This document shows, one piece after another, positions 9,795 through 18,910 of a stretch of DNA of 32,140 nt. The DNA lies in contig CAVVUS010000002.1 in assembly GCA_963751345.1 (NCBI GenBank), positions 1 to 32,140 of the forward strand, written 5' to 3'. The stretch is from an uncultured Chloroflexia bacterium (lineage in GTDB: Bacteria; Chloroflexota; Anaerolineae; B4-G1; SLSP01). The position numbers and the translations under genes were made by a program. The stretch's first letter is position 1, and each line of letters starts with the position of its first letter. A model generated the notes under the pieces. That model was not told the origin of the DNA, did no database searches, and was given only the letters and a program-made list of their open reading frames with translations.

Positions 9795-11261
9795 CTACAG
9801 GAGGTACTCCATCTCCGGCCGCAACTCCCAACGCGCGGTCTCCGGTGGGCTGATCTGCCTCGTCCAGGCTTTGAGCAGCTCCGTAGCTTTGCGCTTCTCT
9901 CCCATCCTGTGCACCACGTGGTCGGGATCCCAATCCGCGAGGAGTTCCGCCATCAGCTCCTCACGAATCGGCTTGCATGCGGGGTCGTCTGCACGATCAT
10001 GCATCTCTTCCGGATCGTCCCCGAGGTTGAAGAGCTGCGGACGATCGCCGTGGTAGTAGATGAGTTTCCACGCATCCCGCCGTATCATCCGCTGGTAGCA
10101 GCCTCCCGGCGGACCGAAGAGATCGTCACAGTACTCGGAGAAGGCCAGGTCGTCCCAGGCCGCCGCATCCCCTTCGGTCAGCAGCTCGAGCATACTCCGG
10201 CCCTGGCACCCCGGCAGCGCCGGTGCGTCGAGCGCGTCGAGAATCGTGGCGGTACCATCGAGGGCGCTCACCACCCGATCGGACCGCATCCCCGCAGGAA
10301 TCCGGCCGGGCCAGCGGAAGATCAGCGGCACTTTCACCGACTCCTCGTAGAAGGTGTGTTTCCAGAAGAGCCCGTGCTCTCCGATACTGTCGCCGTGGTC
10401 GGAGGAGTAGACCACGAGCGTTTCCTGGGATAGCCCGGCGGCATCGAGCGCATCGAGCAGCCGGCCGATCATACCATCCAGGGCGTCGACCAGTCCGTAG
10501 TAAGCGGCGCGCGCGCGTGCGATCTCTTCCGGAGAAGCTTCGAACAGCTCGCCGTTCTCCATGCGCCATTTCAGGTGCGGGTGGATACGTTCGACCGGCG
10601 CACGCGGTTTCGCCGGCGAAGGGACGACATCGCGATACCGCTCGTAGAGCTCCTTGCCGGCAACGTACGGCGGGTGGGGAAGCATATAGCCTACGGTGAG
10701 GCAGAGCGGCTCTGGCGTGCCGCCGGTTGCCCTCTGCCGACCTGCAGCTTCGATGAAACGCACGGCAGCCTCGGTGACGTCCTCGTCGTGGACCTGGTAG
10801 CCGCTGGATCCGGGGCCGCTCGCCTGCAGGCTGATCCTGTGCGGCCCTGCCGTCCCCTGAGGGAGACCCCGTCGGGGCCCTTTGCCGCCGGGGTAGTTCG
10901 GGCTGTGGTCGCCGATTGGCCGCGCTGCGTAGCCGTGGAGCTGATCGGGACCGATGGCGTGCATTCTCCCGATGAGCGTCGGGCGGTATCCCGCGGCACC
11001 AAGTGAATGCGCGAGGGTAGGGATCCCGCTGTCGAGGATATGGTCGTTCGCCCATACCTCGTTCTGGTAGGGATGCCGGCAGGTGAGCGTCGACATCCGC
11101 GACGGGACGCAGATCGGCGACGGGCAGTAGGCGTTCGAGAAGAGCGCACCTTCGGCGGCGAGACGGTCGAGAGCGGCCGTTCGGATGACCGGGTCTCCGG
11201 CGCAGCCCATCACGTAGGGATTGTGCTGGTCGGAATGGATGTAGAGCAGGCCTGTCTTCAT
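9795..11261 (-). CDS. Formylglycine-dependent (Cys-type) sulfatase, choline-sulfatase-like (488 aa)
   Basis: SDQH, CVPSR (CxPSR), GRMH, PHPPY, SSDHG, YEESVKVP; GAAGGAG RBS before ATG 11261. Confidence 0.92.
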   Translation of the reverse strand: MKTGLLYIHSDQHNPYVMGCAGDPVIRTAALDRLAAEGALFSNAYCPSPICVPSRMSTLTCRHPYQNEVWANDHILDSGIPTLAHSLGAAGYRPTLIGRMHAIGPDQLHGYAARPIGDHSPNYPGGKGPRRGLPQGTAGPHRISLQASGPGSSGYQVHDEDVTEAAVRFIEAAGRQRATGGTPEPLCLTVGYMLPHPPYVAGKELYERYRDVVPSPAKPRAPVERIHPHLKWRMENGELFEASPEEIARARAAYYGLVDALDGMIGRLLDALDAAGLSQETLVVYSSDHGDSIGEHGLFWKHTFYEESVKVPLIFRWPGRIPAGMRSDRVVSALDGTATILDALDAPALPGCQGRSMLELLTEGDAAAWDDLAFSEYCDDLFGPPGGCYQRMIRRDAWKLIYYHGDRPQLFNLGDDPEEMHDRADDPACKPIREELMAELLADWDPDHVVHRMGEKRKATELLKAWTRQISPPETARWELRPEMEYLL

Positions 11262-11592
11262 ACGTTCTCCTTCAGCAGGAACACTCCTATGGTGCCAACG
11301 TCGGCAGCCCGAAGCGGGCATAGGGACCGTCCCAGCCCGTGGCAGTGAGCGGTGTCTCGCCACCGCGCTTGTCGGTTATGGTGGCGGCCTCGCAGAGGTA
11401 CGCAGCATCAGGGCGGCGTCCTCGCCACGGTTGACCGACGCGTTCAACAGATATCATAGCCGAGGTCCGGCACGAGTCACTCCGGAGGATGATATGGTGA
11501 CCTCGTTAGCGGGTATGGTCTACATCAAGCAGTGCCGCGGGTTCGCCGGCATCTGCGCCGCAGCCGACCGTACGGATGTAAGTCAAGGTCGA

Positions 11593-11757
11593 CAGCGAGA
11601 CCTGATGAAACTCATCGTGCAGCGCATGACTATCGATGGCGCGGGCGTCGTCGCGATGACACTGCGGCCGAATTACCAGCTCGTCTTGGGGCACAACACA
11701 AACGGGCCAACCGAATTCTCAGTTGACCCGTTCGTTTACAGGAGCGGGAGCGACGGG
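11593..11757 (+). pseudogene. C-terminal remnant of a large serine recombinase-family integrase
   Basis: QRDLMKLIVQRMTIDGAGVVAMTLRPNYQLVLGHNTNGPTEFSVDPFVYRSGSDG resembles the helix/beta-strand tail of resolvase-family integrases, with a GSDG ending as seen when such genes read into a tRNA att site; no catalytic domain upstream. Confidence 0.55.
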
Positions 11758-11782
11758 GATCGTTCCGCTACGGCGATCCCCG
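11754..11782. terminator. GC-rich hairpin downstream of the alpha/beta hydrolase
   Basis: CGGGGATCG-ttccgctacgg-CGATCCCCG perfect 9 bp stem, ~35 nt past the stop at 11816; no clear U-tract. Confidence 0.5.
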
Positions 11783-11815
11783 ATATCAGGCCCAACACGA
11801 AGATCACGATCAGAT

Positions 11816-13414
11816 CTACTCGTAGATGCAGGTGTCGTCCGGCGCGACGGAAGGATCCGCCAGGAACGCAAGGAACATCTCCTGTGGGCATCCTTTGACG
11901 GCCGTGGCGCCGTGGCCCACGCCGGGGTACTCGAAGGCGTAGGCGTGCGTGAGCGTCTCCGCGACATGGCGGCCCCAAGCCGGCGGCGTGATGGGGTCGA
12001 ATTCACCGGTCAAGATCAGGGTAGGGATGTCGCTGACGACCGGTTCGTTGGCTGAGGGCGCCGCTCTGCCCGCGTCCCAGCGCTCGCACACGCGGTAAGC
12101 CATCTCGCCGAGGAGGCCGTGAGCGAAGGTGCCGCTGAGCTCGGGATAGCGCACTTCGACGTCGCGCACGGCATCCGGTGAGCTGAACGCGATCTCTTCG
12201 TTACACTGCACCGAGAACATCATGCCCCGACTGGCAAAGGATTGCTGCGCCAGGAGGCCGCTGCGGAAGTTCTCCAACATGGCGAAGTCGCCGACGCTTG
12301 CATCGTAGATCAGGTCTGGGAGCAGGAGCTTCACCTCGGTGCTATAGAGGAACTGGAAGACCATGCCGGTTAGCAGGTCGCCGTCGATTATGTCCGGTAT
12401 CTCATCACCTGTTCTGAGATCGGTCATCGTCGAGGGGACGGGGTCGCGGTTGAGCCGGTCGACCGTCTCGAAGAAGGTGGCGCCAAGATCGGGATAGTTG
12501 GCGTTGCAGACCGGATTGGCGGCGCAGCTCTCAAAGAGCCGGTCCAACGCCCGCTCGAAGTTGGCCGGCGTCTCGGCATAGAGGTCGACGTCGGGTGGAT
12601 AGACGGCATCGAGCACGACGCTGCGCAGCCGGCCTCCGTCTTCCGTCTCCGCCGTCTGGCGCATGACCTCCAGCGCCAGGCGCGTCCCATAGGAACCTCC
12701 CCACAGGCTGACCTGATCGTAGCCGAGGCCGCGGACCAGGTCCAAGATGTCGCGTGCGCTCTCGGCGCTGTTGTACGCGCTCAGATCGGCGCTCTGACCC
12801 AGTCGCTGCCCACAGGCGACAAAGGCCTCGACCAGGGCGGTTTGGGCTTCATCTTTACTTACCGTGCGACCTTCGATCCGGCGGTCGACGAGTTCCAGCG
12901 CCATCTCATCGGCCTCGGGGCAGTCCAGGGCGGGGCGTGAACGGCCCACGCCGCGCTGGTCGAAGACGACGAGATCGTGCCCCTGTGCCAACACGGCTTC
13001 GAAGGCCTGCGGCATCTCGTAGCGCAGGGCCTCGAGCGCACTCGCGCCCGGCCCGCCGGACAGGTAGATCACCGGGTCGCGTGGCTCGCTCGCCTCAGCG
13101 CCACGGAACACCGCGACGGCGAGGCGGATCACCCGCCGGTCGGCCCGTAACGTGTCATCTCGACGCTCGGGTACCGTGAGTGTAGCGCATTCGACGTCCT
13201 CTCCTTGTTCGATGCCACTGGGGAGCGCGAAGGCGCACGGGCCTGGGACCAGTGACCCGACCTCGGCGGGGAAGGTCGACGGCGCTGCCGCCGCCGTGCT
13301 TGGTGGTGTAGGTGGTGCTGCCGGGCTGCAGCTCATAACCAGAAATGCGACAAGGATGAGTGCGCGCCACGAAGACGACCGTGACGCGACGGTAAGGACG
13401 TCACACATTTGCAT
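11816..13414 (-). CDS. Lipoprotein alpha/beta hydrolase (TAP-like, peptidase S33-related)
   Basis: Signal peptide with lipobox LVMSC and Pro/Ala linker; SGGPG, FDQRGVG, nucleophile GGSYG, FDPITPP, GVGHG triad motifs. Confidence 0.9.
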   Translation of the reverse strand: MQMCDVLTVASRSSSWRALILVAFLVMSCSPAAPPTPPSTAAAAPSTFPAEVGSLVPGPCAFALPSGIEQGEDVECATLTVPERRDDTLRADRRVIRLAVAVFRGAEASEPRDPVIYLSGGPGASALEALRYEMPQAFEAVLAQGHDLVVFDQRGVGRSRPALDCPEADEMALELVDRRIEGRTVSKDEAQTALVEAFVACGQRLGQSADLSAYNSAESARDILDLVRGLGYDQVSLWGGSYGTRLALEVMRQTAETEDGGRLRSVVLDAVYPPDVDLYAETPANFERALDRLFESCAANPVCNANYPDLGATFFETVDRLNRDPVPSTMTDLRTGDEIPDIIDGDLLTGMVFQFLYSTEVKLLLPDLIYDASVGDFAMLENFRSGLLAQQSFASRGMMFSVQCNEEIAFSSPDAVRDVEVRYPELSGTFAHGLLGEMAYRVCERWDAGRAAPSANEPVVSDIPTLILTGEFDPITPPAWGRHVAETLTHAYAFEYPGVGHGATAVKGCPQEMFLAFLADPSVAPDDTCIYE

Positions 13415-13417
13415 AGC

Positions 13418-14519
13418 TCATCTCTGGACGCGGCGCACCCGCCATGCGATCAGTCCTGCTGCGACCACAAGGCCGCCCGCGAGGCGGGCAACCGGGCCAA
13501 GCCAATCCTGGGGACGCACAGTGCGTAGCGTGGTCAAGGTCAAGGCCTCCCCGAAAGCCGCGCTGGGGAGCCAATCCATCAGAAGGCTGAGCGCCCTGGG
13601 GGCCTCGATCGTCGATCAGGCCACCCAAGAGCGCCGGCACCAACAGGATCATCAACAGCAACCCGACCCCGAGATTCACAGATGACGGGTTATCGATGAA
13701 GGTGCCCATCAGCAGGCCGATGGCGACAGCAAAGCCGGCGCCAAGGGCAAAGACCAGGAGCAGCAGCCACCCGTGGACGAACCACCTGGCGCCAAAGGCA
13801 TAGACGACCACCGCGGCACAGGTGCAGTAGAAGAGGCCGGTGAGGGCCTTTCCAAGGACCACCTGTCCATAGCCCGCGGGTGAGACGAGGAGCGCGTCCA
13901 GCGTGTGGCTCTCCTTCTCCTCTACCAACAGCATCGGCACAAGTGTTAGCCCTATGGTCAGGATGACCATCGATGCCGAACTGGTGACCATCGTGTGCTG
14001 GCCAAAGGTACCGGGCACGGGATAGGCCCTCCGGTCATCGATCACGATCGTGATCTCCTGCCACGTGGCCTGCGCCAGCTGTTCCTCGAAAAACGAGGCC
14101 AATTCGCTTGCCTGCCGGGCGGTGGCCCAGTGGGGGACGATCCCCTCCAGAGTCACCGGCGCTTCGCCGGCACCCTCCGAGGCCCCCGCGAACCCTGCCG
14201 GGAGGATCAGCCCAAGTCGTAGCTCGGACGAACTCCCAACGGCTTCCTCGAGCTCCTCGACCGAATCCACGATTCCCACGGAGAACTCCTCGCGCGCGGT
14301 CAACGCCCGGATCAGCGCAGATCGCCCCGGATCGTAGATGATGGCGGTCGGTTTCGATCTGAGCCGGATCAGAAGGGGCAGTGCCATCGAGGAGAGCATC
14401 AGTACCGCCGCTCCGAGTATGATGGAGATCGTGGCGCGGTTCCGAATAGCGTCCCCGATGTCTTTGCCCGCGATCGATATCACAATGCTAAGCTTGGTTG
14501 GTACGTCGTGTCCCGTCAT
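13418..14519 (-). CDS. ABC-2 type permease no. 3 (~366 aa), +1 frameshift near 13600
   Basis: KDIGDAIRN, EEKESHTLDALLVSPA; removing one base at the G-run 13598-13602 gives a hydrophobic tail RALSLLMDWLPSAAF...LIAWRVRRVQR* matching its paralogs; GGAGGAGG RBS. Confidence 0.85.
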
Positions 14520-14536
14520 GCGTCTCCTCCTCCGCG

Positions 14537-15631
14537 TCAGGCCCGATCCATTCGGCGAACGGCCCAGATGACCAGACCAAGTGCCCCGGCGGCATAGGCC
14601 GCCAGTACCAGCAGCGGTCCCAGCCAATCTGCGGCGACGATAGCGCCCGCGAAAGACGTCCGAATGAGCCTGAACATCACGGTGATGGGGGTCCACGAGA
14701 GAACGCTCACCAGCGCGGTGGGAATCAGCTCCTCGAGCAGGTAGAGCATCATCGACAGCAGCAGGGGGGCGGTCAGGACCCAGCCCCAGAGCATCAGCTG
14801 CTGTCGCGACTCGAGGAGCGTCCCAAGCAGCAGCCCCAGCGATACCGCGAAGAGTGCGCCGGTGACGGCAGTCGCGATGGCCACATCCCAATGCACCATC
14901 ACCGACCCATTGGCGATGAAGCTGATGAGGCCCCCCAGTGTCGCGTAGAACAGCCCGGCGATGGCTTTGCCCTCGACGACCTGGGCAGCGGAGGCCGGGG
15001 AGACCAGAACGGCGTTTAGCGTTCCCGCCTTCTTCTCGTCCAGCATCAGGCTAGGCGGCAGCATCAGCGCCAGGAGCAGCAGGACGTAGACCGTCGATAT
15101 ACCCAGCGACACGCTGCGCCCACCGGCGTCGGGCCTTGGGTAGACCCGCTCTTCCGCCATTCGCACCGGGATTACGGTCCCCAGCGCGGCGGAGATTTCG
15201 CCCTCGGCCAGCTGCTGTAGCCGCCGGACGTCGTCCGGCTTGACCCAGTGAAGCGTGTAGCCCACCAGATTGGGCATCCCTCCCGCGCCGAGGACAGCGT
15301 CGAAGTCCGCCGGAATCACCAACCCGAGGGCCGGTGCCTCTTCGTGTGAGAGGCGATAGCGCATGGCCTCCCCGTCCTGGGAAACGGTTCGTACATCGAA
15401 CACCGAGCTGTTCTCCAGCATCGGCGTGAGCGCCGCGTCGCCGGCGTCGTAGATGACCAACGTGGGCGGATCGAGGCGGTCGATCAGTGGCAAGGCGCGG
15501 TATAGGGCGACGACGAAGATCGCCGAAAACAGCAATCCCACGACGACCTTGTTCCGGACGGCCTCGATAATGTCCTTCCATGCAATGGCCGAGACGATAC
15601 GCACGTGGGTGCGTAGCCGTGATTCACGCAT
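14537..15631 (-). CDS. ABC-2 type permease no. 2 (364 aa)
   Basis: KDIIEAVRN, one TM, large extracytoplasmic loop, DEKKAGTLNAVLVSPA, five further TMs. Confidence 0.9.
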   Translation of the reverse strand: MRESRLRTHVRIVSAIAWKDIIEAVRNKVVVGLLFSAIFVVALYRALPLIDRLDPPTLVIYDAGDAALTPMLENSSVFDVRTVSQDGEAMRYRLSHEEAPALGLVIPADFDAVLGAGGMPNLVGYTLHWVKPDDVRRLQQLAEGEISAALGTVIPVRMAEERVYPRPDAGGRSVSLGISTVYVLLLLALMLPPSLMLDEKKAGTLNAVLVSPASAAQVVEGKAIAGLFYATLGGLISFIANGSVMVHWDVAIATAVTGALFAVSLGLLLGTLLESRQQLMLWGWVLTAPLLLSMMLYLLEELIPTALVSVLSWTPITVMFRLIRTSFAGAIVAADWLGPLLVLAAYAAGALGLVIWAVRRMDRA

Positions 15632-15663
15632 TAGTACTCTCCCTATCTTATATACCGTGTCCG

Positions 15664-16767
15664 TCACCGGTCTGTGGACCGGCGGACCGACCCTACCACC
15701 GCGACTATCGCTGCGGCACCGGAAGCCACTAGCGCGACCAGGTACGGCAGCCAATCTGAGAGTGTAATCGTTCCAGCACACGCCGTTCGTGTAAGGTTGA
15801 GCATCAGTGTGGTGGGTACCCAGCGGAAGACGCTGACCACGACCGGAGGCATCAGCTCAGCCAAGAGGGTCACCATCATAGACAAGAGCAGAGGTCCCAT
15901 GACGACCCAGGCCCAGAGCATCATCTGCTGCCGCGACTCAAGCACGGTACCGAGTAATAGGCCCAGGCTGACGCTGAAAATGCCTCCGACAACGGCAGTG
16001 ACCACGGCAAGTCCCCAATGGACGACGACGACCGAGTTGATCGCAAAGGCGATGGCGGCGCCGACGAGGGTATAGAAGAGACCGCATGCCCCCTTGGACA
16101 GCGTGACGTGCGTGGCCGTGGCCGGCGAGACGAGTAGAGCGTCGAGGGTCCGGTTCTGTTTCTCCTCCACCATGAGATTCTGGGGGAGCGTCAACCCGAT
16201 CACGGTGGTGACGTACGCCAGGGTAAGGCCAACCGTGGTCGACCAACCATGCGACGTGGGTAACGCGTAGATGCGATGGTCGGATAACCTGACATCGACG
16301 GTGAGGCCCAGCAGGGCTGCCAGCTCGCCCTCCATACGCGTCTGGAGCCTGCCGGCGTCACGTCGGCTCACCCAGTACTGGGTGTAGGCTGTCAGCGGCG
16401 GCGGCGTGCCCGCCTCGAGCAGCCCGTCGAAGTTCTCAGGGATGACCAGACCCAACTCGGCGACGTCATCATCTACGACGCGTTCCAGCATCGCCTCAAC
16501 AGAGGGATAGCCGCTGTACGCGTCCAGGTTGGCGCTGTTCTCGACCAAGGCCACGAGGGCTGAGTCGCCCGCGTCGTAGATGCGCACCGGCATCTCCGTA
16601 AGGTCCGTGCGAAGCATAGGCAGCGCCCAGTAGAACACCACCAAGAGCAGCGAGGTCACGACAACGGTTAGGGCGTTCTTGTTGCGTACCGCCTCCCAGA
16701 TGTCCTTGGTTGTGATGGCCCAGATGATCCGGGCATCGGTCGTCAGTCTGCACTGTGACATAGACAT
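15664..16767 (-). CDS. ABC-2 type permease no. 1 (367 aa)
   Basis: KDIWEAVRN, EEKQNRTLDALLVSPA, same topology as the other two. Confidence 0.9.
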   Translation of the reverse strand: MSMSQCRLTTDARIIWAITTKDIWEAVRNKNALTVVVTSLLLVVFYWALPMLRTDLTEMPVRIYDAGDSALVALVENSANLDAYSGYPSVEAMLERVVDDDVAELGLVIPENFDGLLEAGTPPPLTAYTQYWVSRRDAGRLQTRMEGELAALLGLTVDVRLSDHRIYALPTSHGWSTTVGLTLAYVTTVIGLTLPQNLMVEEKQNRTLDALLVSPATATHVTLSKGACGLFYTLVGAAIAFAINSVVVVHWGLAVVTAVVGGIFSVSLGLLLGTVLESRQQMMLWAWVVMGPLLLSMMVTLLAELMPPVVVSVFRWVPTTLMLNLTRTACAGTITLSDWLPYLVALVASGAAAIVAVVGSVRRSTDR

Positions 16768-16810
16768 CTACCCCCGTGATGATCGAGTGTCCGGTGACCG
16801 GGACTCATCT

Positions 16811-17551
16811 CTATTCCTCAAACTGCCCGCGCAACGGGTTGCCGGTCAGGGCGACGAAAACATCCTCCAGCGTCTCCCCGTGCTGAGCCTTCAGCGCGGT
16901 AGGAGTGTCCAGCGCCACGATGCCGCCCTGGTGCAGGATGGCGACGCGGTCCGAGAGACGGTCGGCCTCCTCCATATAATGCGTGGTCAGGAAGACCGTG
17001 ACGCCCTGATCGGTCAGTCCGGCCACGAAGGTGCGGATATCACGTGCCACGTTGGGATCCAGGCCGCGCGTGGGCTCGTCCAGGAAAAGCACGCTGGGCT
17101 CGTGAAGTAGGGCTCGCGCAATCAGAAGGCGCTGCTTCATCCCATTTGAGTAGGTCTTCACCTTCTTTCGGGCGTGAGGTGCCAGGCCCAAGAGATCCAG
17201 GACTTGGTCAACGCGGCGCCCATTTACACCATACAGCCTGGCCGAGAAGACGAGGTTGTCGCGGCCCGTCATACGCTCGTAGATGTTCTGGTGTTCGAAG
17301 ACCACGCCGATGTGGGCCTGGAGGCGCGGTCGCTCGTTGACGACGTCATAGCCCAGCACCTGGGCTGTGCCACCCGTGGGGCGCAGTTGGCCTGTGAGTA
17401 CCTTGATCGTCGTCGTCTTGCCGGCGCCATTGGGTCCAAGGAACCCGAACACTTCGCCTCGGTTGACCTCGAAGCTGATCCCGCGGAGCGCGTGTACGGC
17501 GCCGTAGTCGCGTGTCAAGCCCCGGACGGATATGGCTGGTTGAGTTGTCAT
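16811..17551 (-). CDS. ABC exporter ATP-binding protein (246 aa)
   Basis: Walker A GPNGAGKT, signature YSNGMKQR, Walker B LFLDEP, H-loop TTH; GAGGAG RBS. Confidence 0.95.
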   Translation of the reverse strand: MTTQPAISVRGLTRDYGAVHALRGISFEVNRGEVFGFLGPNGAGKTTTIKVLTGQLRPTGGTAQVLGYDVVNERPRLQAHIGVVFEHQNIYERMTGRDNLVFSARLYGVNGRRVDQVLDLLGLAPHARKKVKTYSNGMKQRLLIARALLHEPSVLFLDEPTRGLDPNVARDIRTFVAGLTDQGVTVFLTTHYMEEADRLSDRVAILHQGGIVALDTPTALKAQHGETLEDVFVALTGNPLRGQFEE

Positions 17552-17575
17552 AGCGTTCTCCTCTGCTTTTCCTCC

Positions 17576-17604
17576 AGTATAGAGAACCGCGCAGACCGCC
17601 GCAA
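17576..17604 (-). promoter_or_regulatory. Sigma70-type promoter of the ABC exporter operon
   Basis: Minus strand TTGCGG-17 bp-TATACT, 25 nt upstream of the ATPase start. Confidence 0.65.
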
Positions 17605-17614
17605 CATATCTGCC

Positions 17615-17705
17615 GCGAATGGCGTCGTGGGTGGGGTGAATGGCGCCGGGAGACGCTGAATGGAGTAACTGACCGTCGAGTGGCGGCAACCAACGCCCGA
17701 GCAGG
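17615..17705 (-). promoter_or_regulatory. Direct-repeat array, candidate LytTR binding sites
   Basis: Plus-strand cores GAATGG at 17617, 17638, 17658, GAGTGG at 17678 and degenerate GAGCAG at 17699; spacings 21, 20, 20, 21 bp; immediately upstream of the -35 box. Confidence 0.7.
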
Positions 17706-17842
17706 AAGCTCAGACCACGTGGACACGCAATCGTGCGGCGCCTAGGATCGCCCCCACGGCCCTCTTACCCATATTCCCGAGCTGCGCCCGATTTCCGGTC
17801 GCCACGGGCGAAGGACTGAAAGCCAACGCCTGTCCACTGCTG

Positions 17843-18844
17843 CTAGTACCCAGCAACTCACGGAGTTCCGCCGCCGAGCTCTTGCTCAGCGGGATCTCGG
17901 TCTCGTCGGCATCGTCGAGGATCAGGCTGAAGGCGTTGCGCGTGTAGGGGATCACCGACTTCACGTGTTGAAGATTGACGAGATAGCTGCGGTGCGCACG
18001 GAAGAACCCGCGGTTGGACAGACGCTCCTCGAGTTCGCCGAGCGTGAACTGTGTCGGCAGCTCGCCCGTGGTGGTCCGCAGAAGGCTGCGGCCCTCGGCA
18101 GCGGCTGCGAAGAGGATGTCTGAGGGGGTGATCAGGGCGACCTCTCCCTCCAGGCGCACCGGGATCTTCAGCGGGGGCGCCGCCGCAGCATCGCCGCCAG
18201 GCTCGCGCGCCGCCACGATCCGCCCACGCTCCATGGCGTAGATCACATCACACAATCGGGTCAGGTTGGTGGCATCGTGCGCGAGGATCAGCACGGGCTG
18301 GCAGTCGGGCGTCCCCGTCGGCCAGGGCGCGGATGCGACGGGCCATCAGCTCCACAGTCGCATCATCGCAACCCGCGAACGGCTCGACGAGCACAAGGAC
18401 CCGGGGCGCGTGCAGGATGGCGCGCCCGAAGGCGAGCCGCCGTTGTAGACCCGGCGCGAGGTCCTGTGCTATGACGTCCGCCTGGTCTGCCAGTCCCACA
18501 TCGAGGAGCGTGGCGTCCGCGCGGGTCTTGGGGAGCCCGCGCAAGCGGCAGTCAAACCGGAGGTGCCCCCGGGCCGACCTCCGCGGATAGAGGGCGTTTT
18601 CGGCGAAGAGCACGCCCAGGGCGGCGCTCAGTTGGGTGTGTGAGGTCGCCGGGTCGATGCCGTCCACGCGAATCGTCCCTGCGGTTGGGCGCGTTCGCCC
18701 GAGCAGAAGGTCGAGCAGCAGGTCAGTGCCGCTGCCCGGCAAACCGACAACAGCCGCGATCTCGCCTGCGCCGACATGCAGGCGATCGATCTCGAGTTCC
18801 GGTCTGCCATCCACTACCTTCTGTACCTGGTCGAGGTCGATCAT
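17843..18844 (-). CDS. Degenerate ABC-ATPase domain fused to a LytTR DNA-binding domain (~333 aa; indels near 18296 and 17850)
   Basis: ORF 18248-18859 is an ABC NBD lacking its last strand and H-loop, which begin ORF 17710-18294 (VLILAHD), followed by LytTR (FTLGELEERL, FFRAHRSYLVN, IPLSK). One extra C (GCCC GTG) splits them; one missing G hides the natural end ELLGY* (TAG 17843-17845). Confidence 0.85.
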
Positions 18845-18882
18845 CGCACTGCCTTCCACTTCTGAGAGGAGGGTACGGCCTC

Positions 18883-18910
18883 ACCATAGCGCAGGCTTCC
18901 GAGGTGTCAA
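18883..18910 (-). promoter_or_regulatory. Promoter of the ATPase-LytTR fusion gene
   Basis: Minus strand TTGACA-16 bp-TATGGT. Confidence 0.5.

Larger units (their letters stand above)
4572..11760. mobile_element. Putative decayed integrative island carrying carbohydrate/sulfate-ester catabolic cargo
   Basis: Visibly lower GC and more A/T-ending codons from ~4700 to ~7600 than in the flanks; internal gene fragments at 9305-9738; recombinase stub and att-like motif at the right end. Left boundary is approximate. Confidence 0.5.

Noticed and set aside
1173-11261. Sulfoquinovose (sulfoglycolysis) cluster suggested by isomerase + GH31 + sulfur-related enzyme
   Set aside because: GH31 nucleophile motif is WWCDCTEP (xylosidase type), not the WMADFGE type of sulfoquinovosidases; no transaldolase, aldolase or sulfolactaldehyde oxidoreductase; sulfatases cleave sulfate esters, not sulfonates.
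11690-11830. Complete tRNA gene
   Set aside because: Only a 3'-end-like 13-20 nt motif; no TTCGA T-loop, anticodon arm or D arm.
17615-17705. CRISPR-like or coding repeat array
   Set aside because: Repeats are only 6-9 bp and imperfect with a 20-21 bp period; no cas genes; fits operator geometry.
18280-18310. Programmed ribosomal frameshift between the ATPase and LytTR parts
   Set aside because: No X_XXY_YYZ slippery site; the break is inside the NBD fold; similar indels are scattered through the window.
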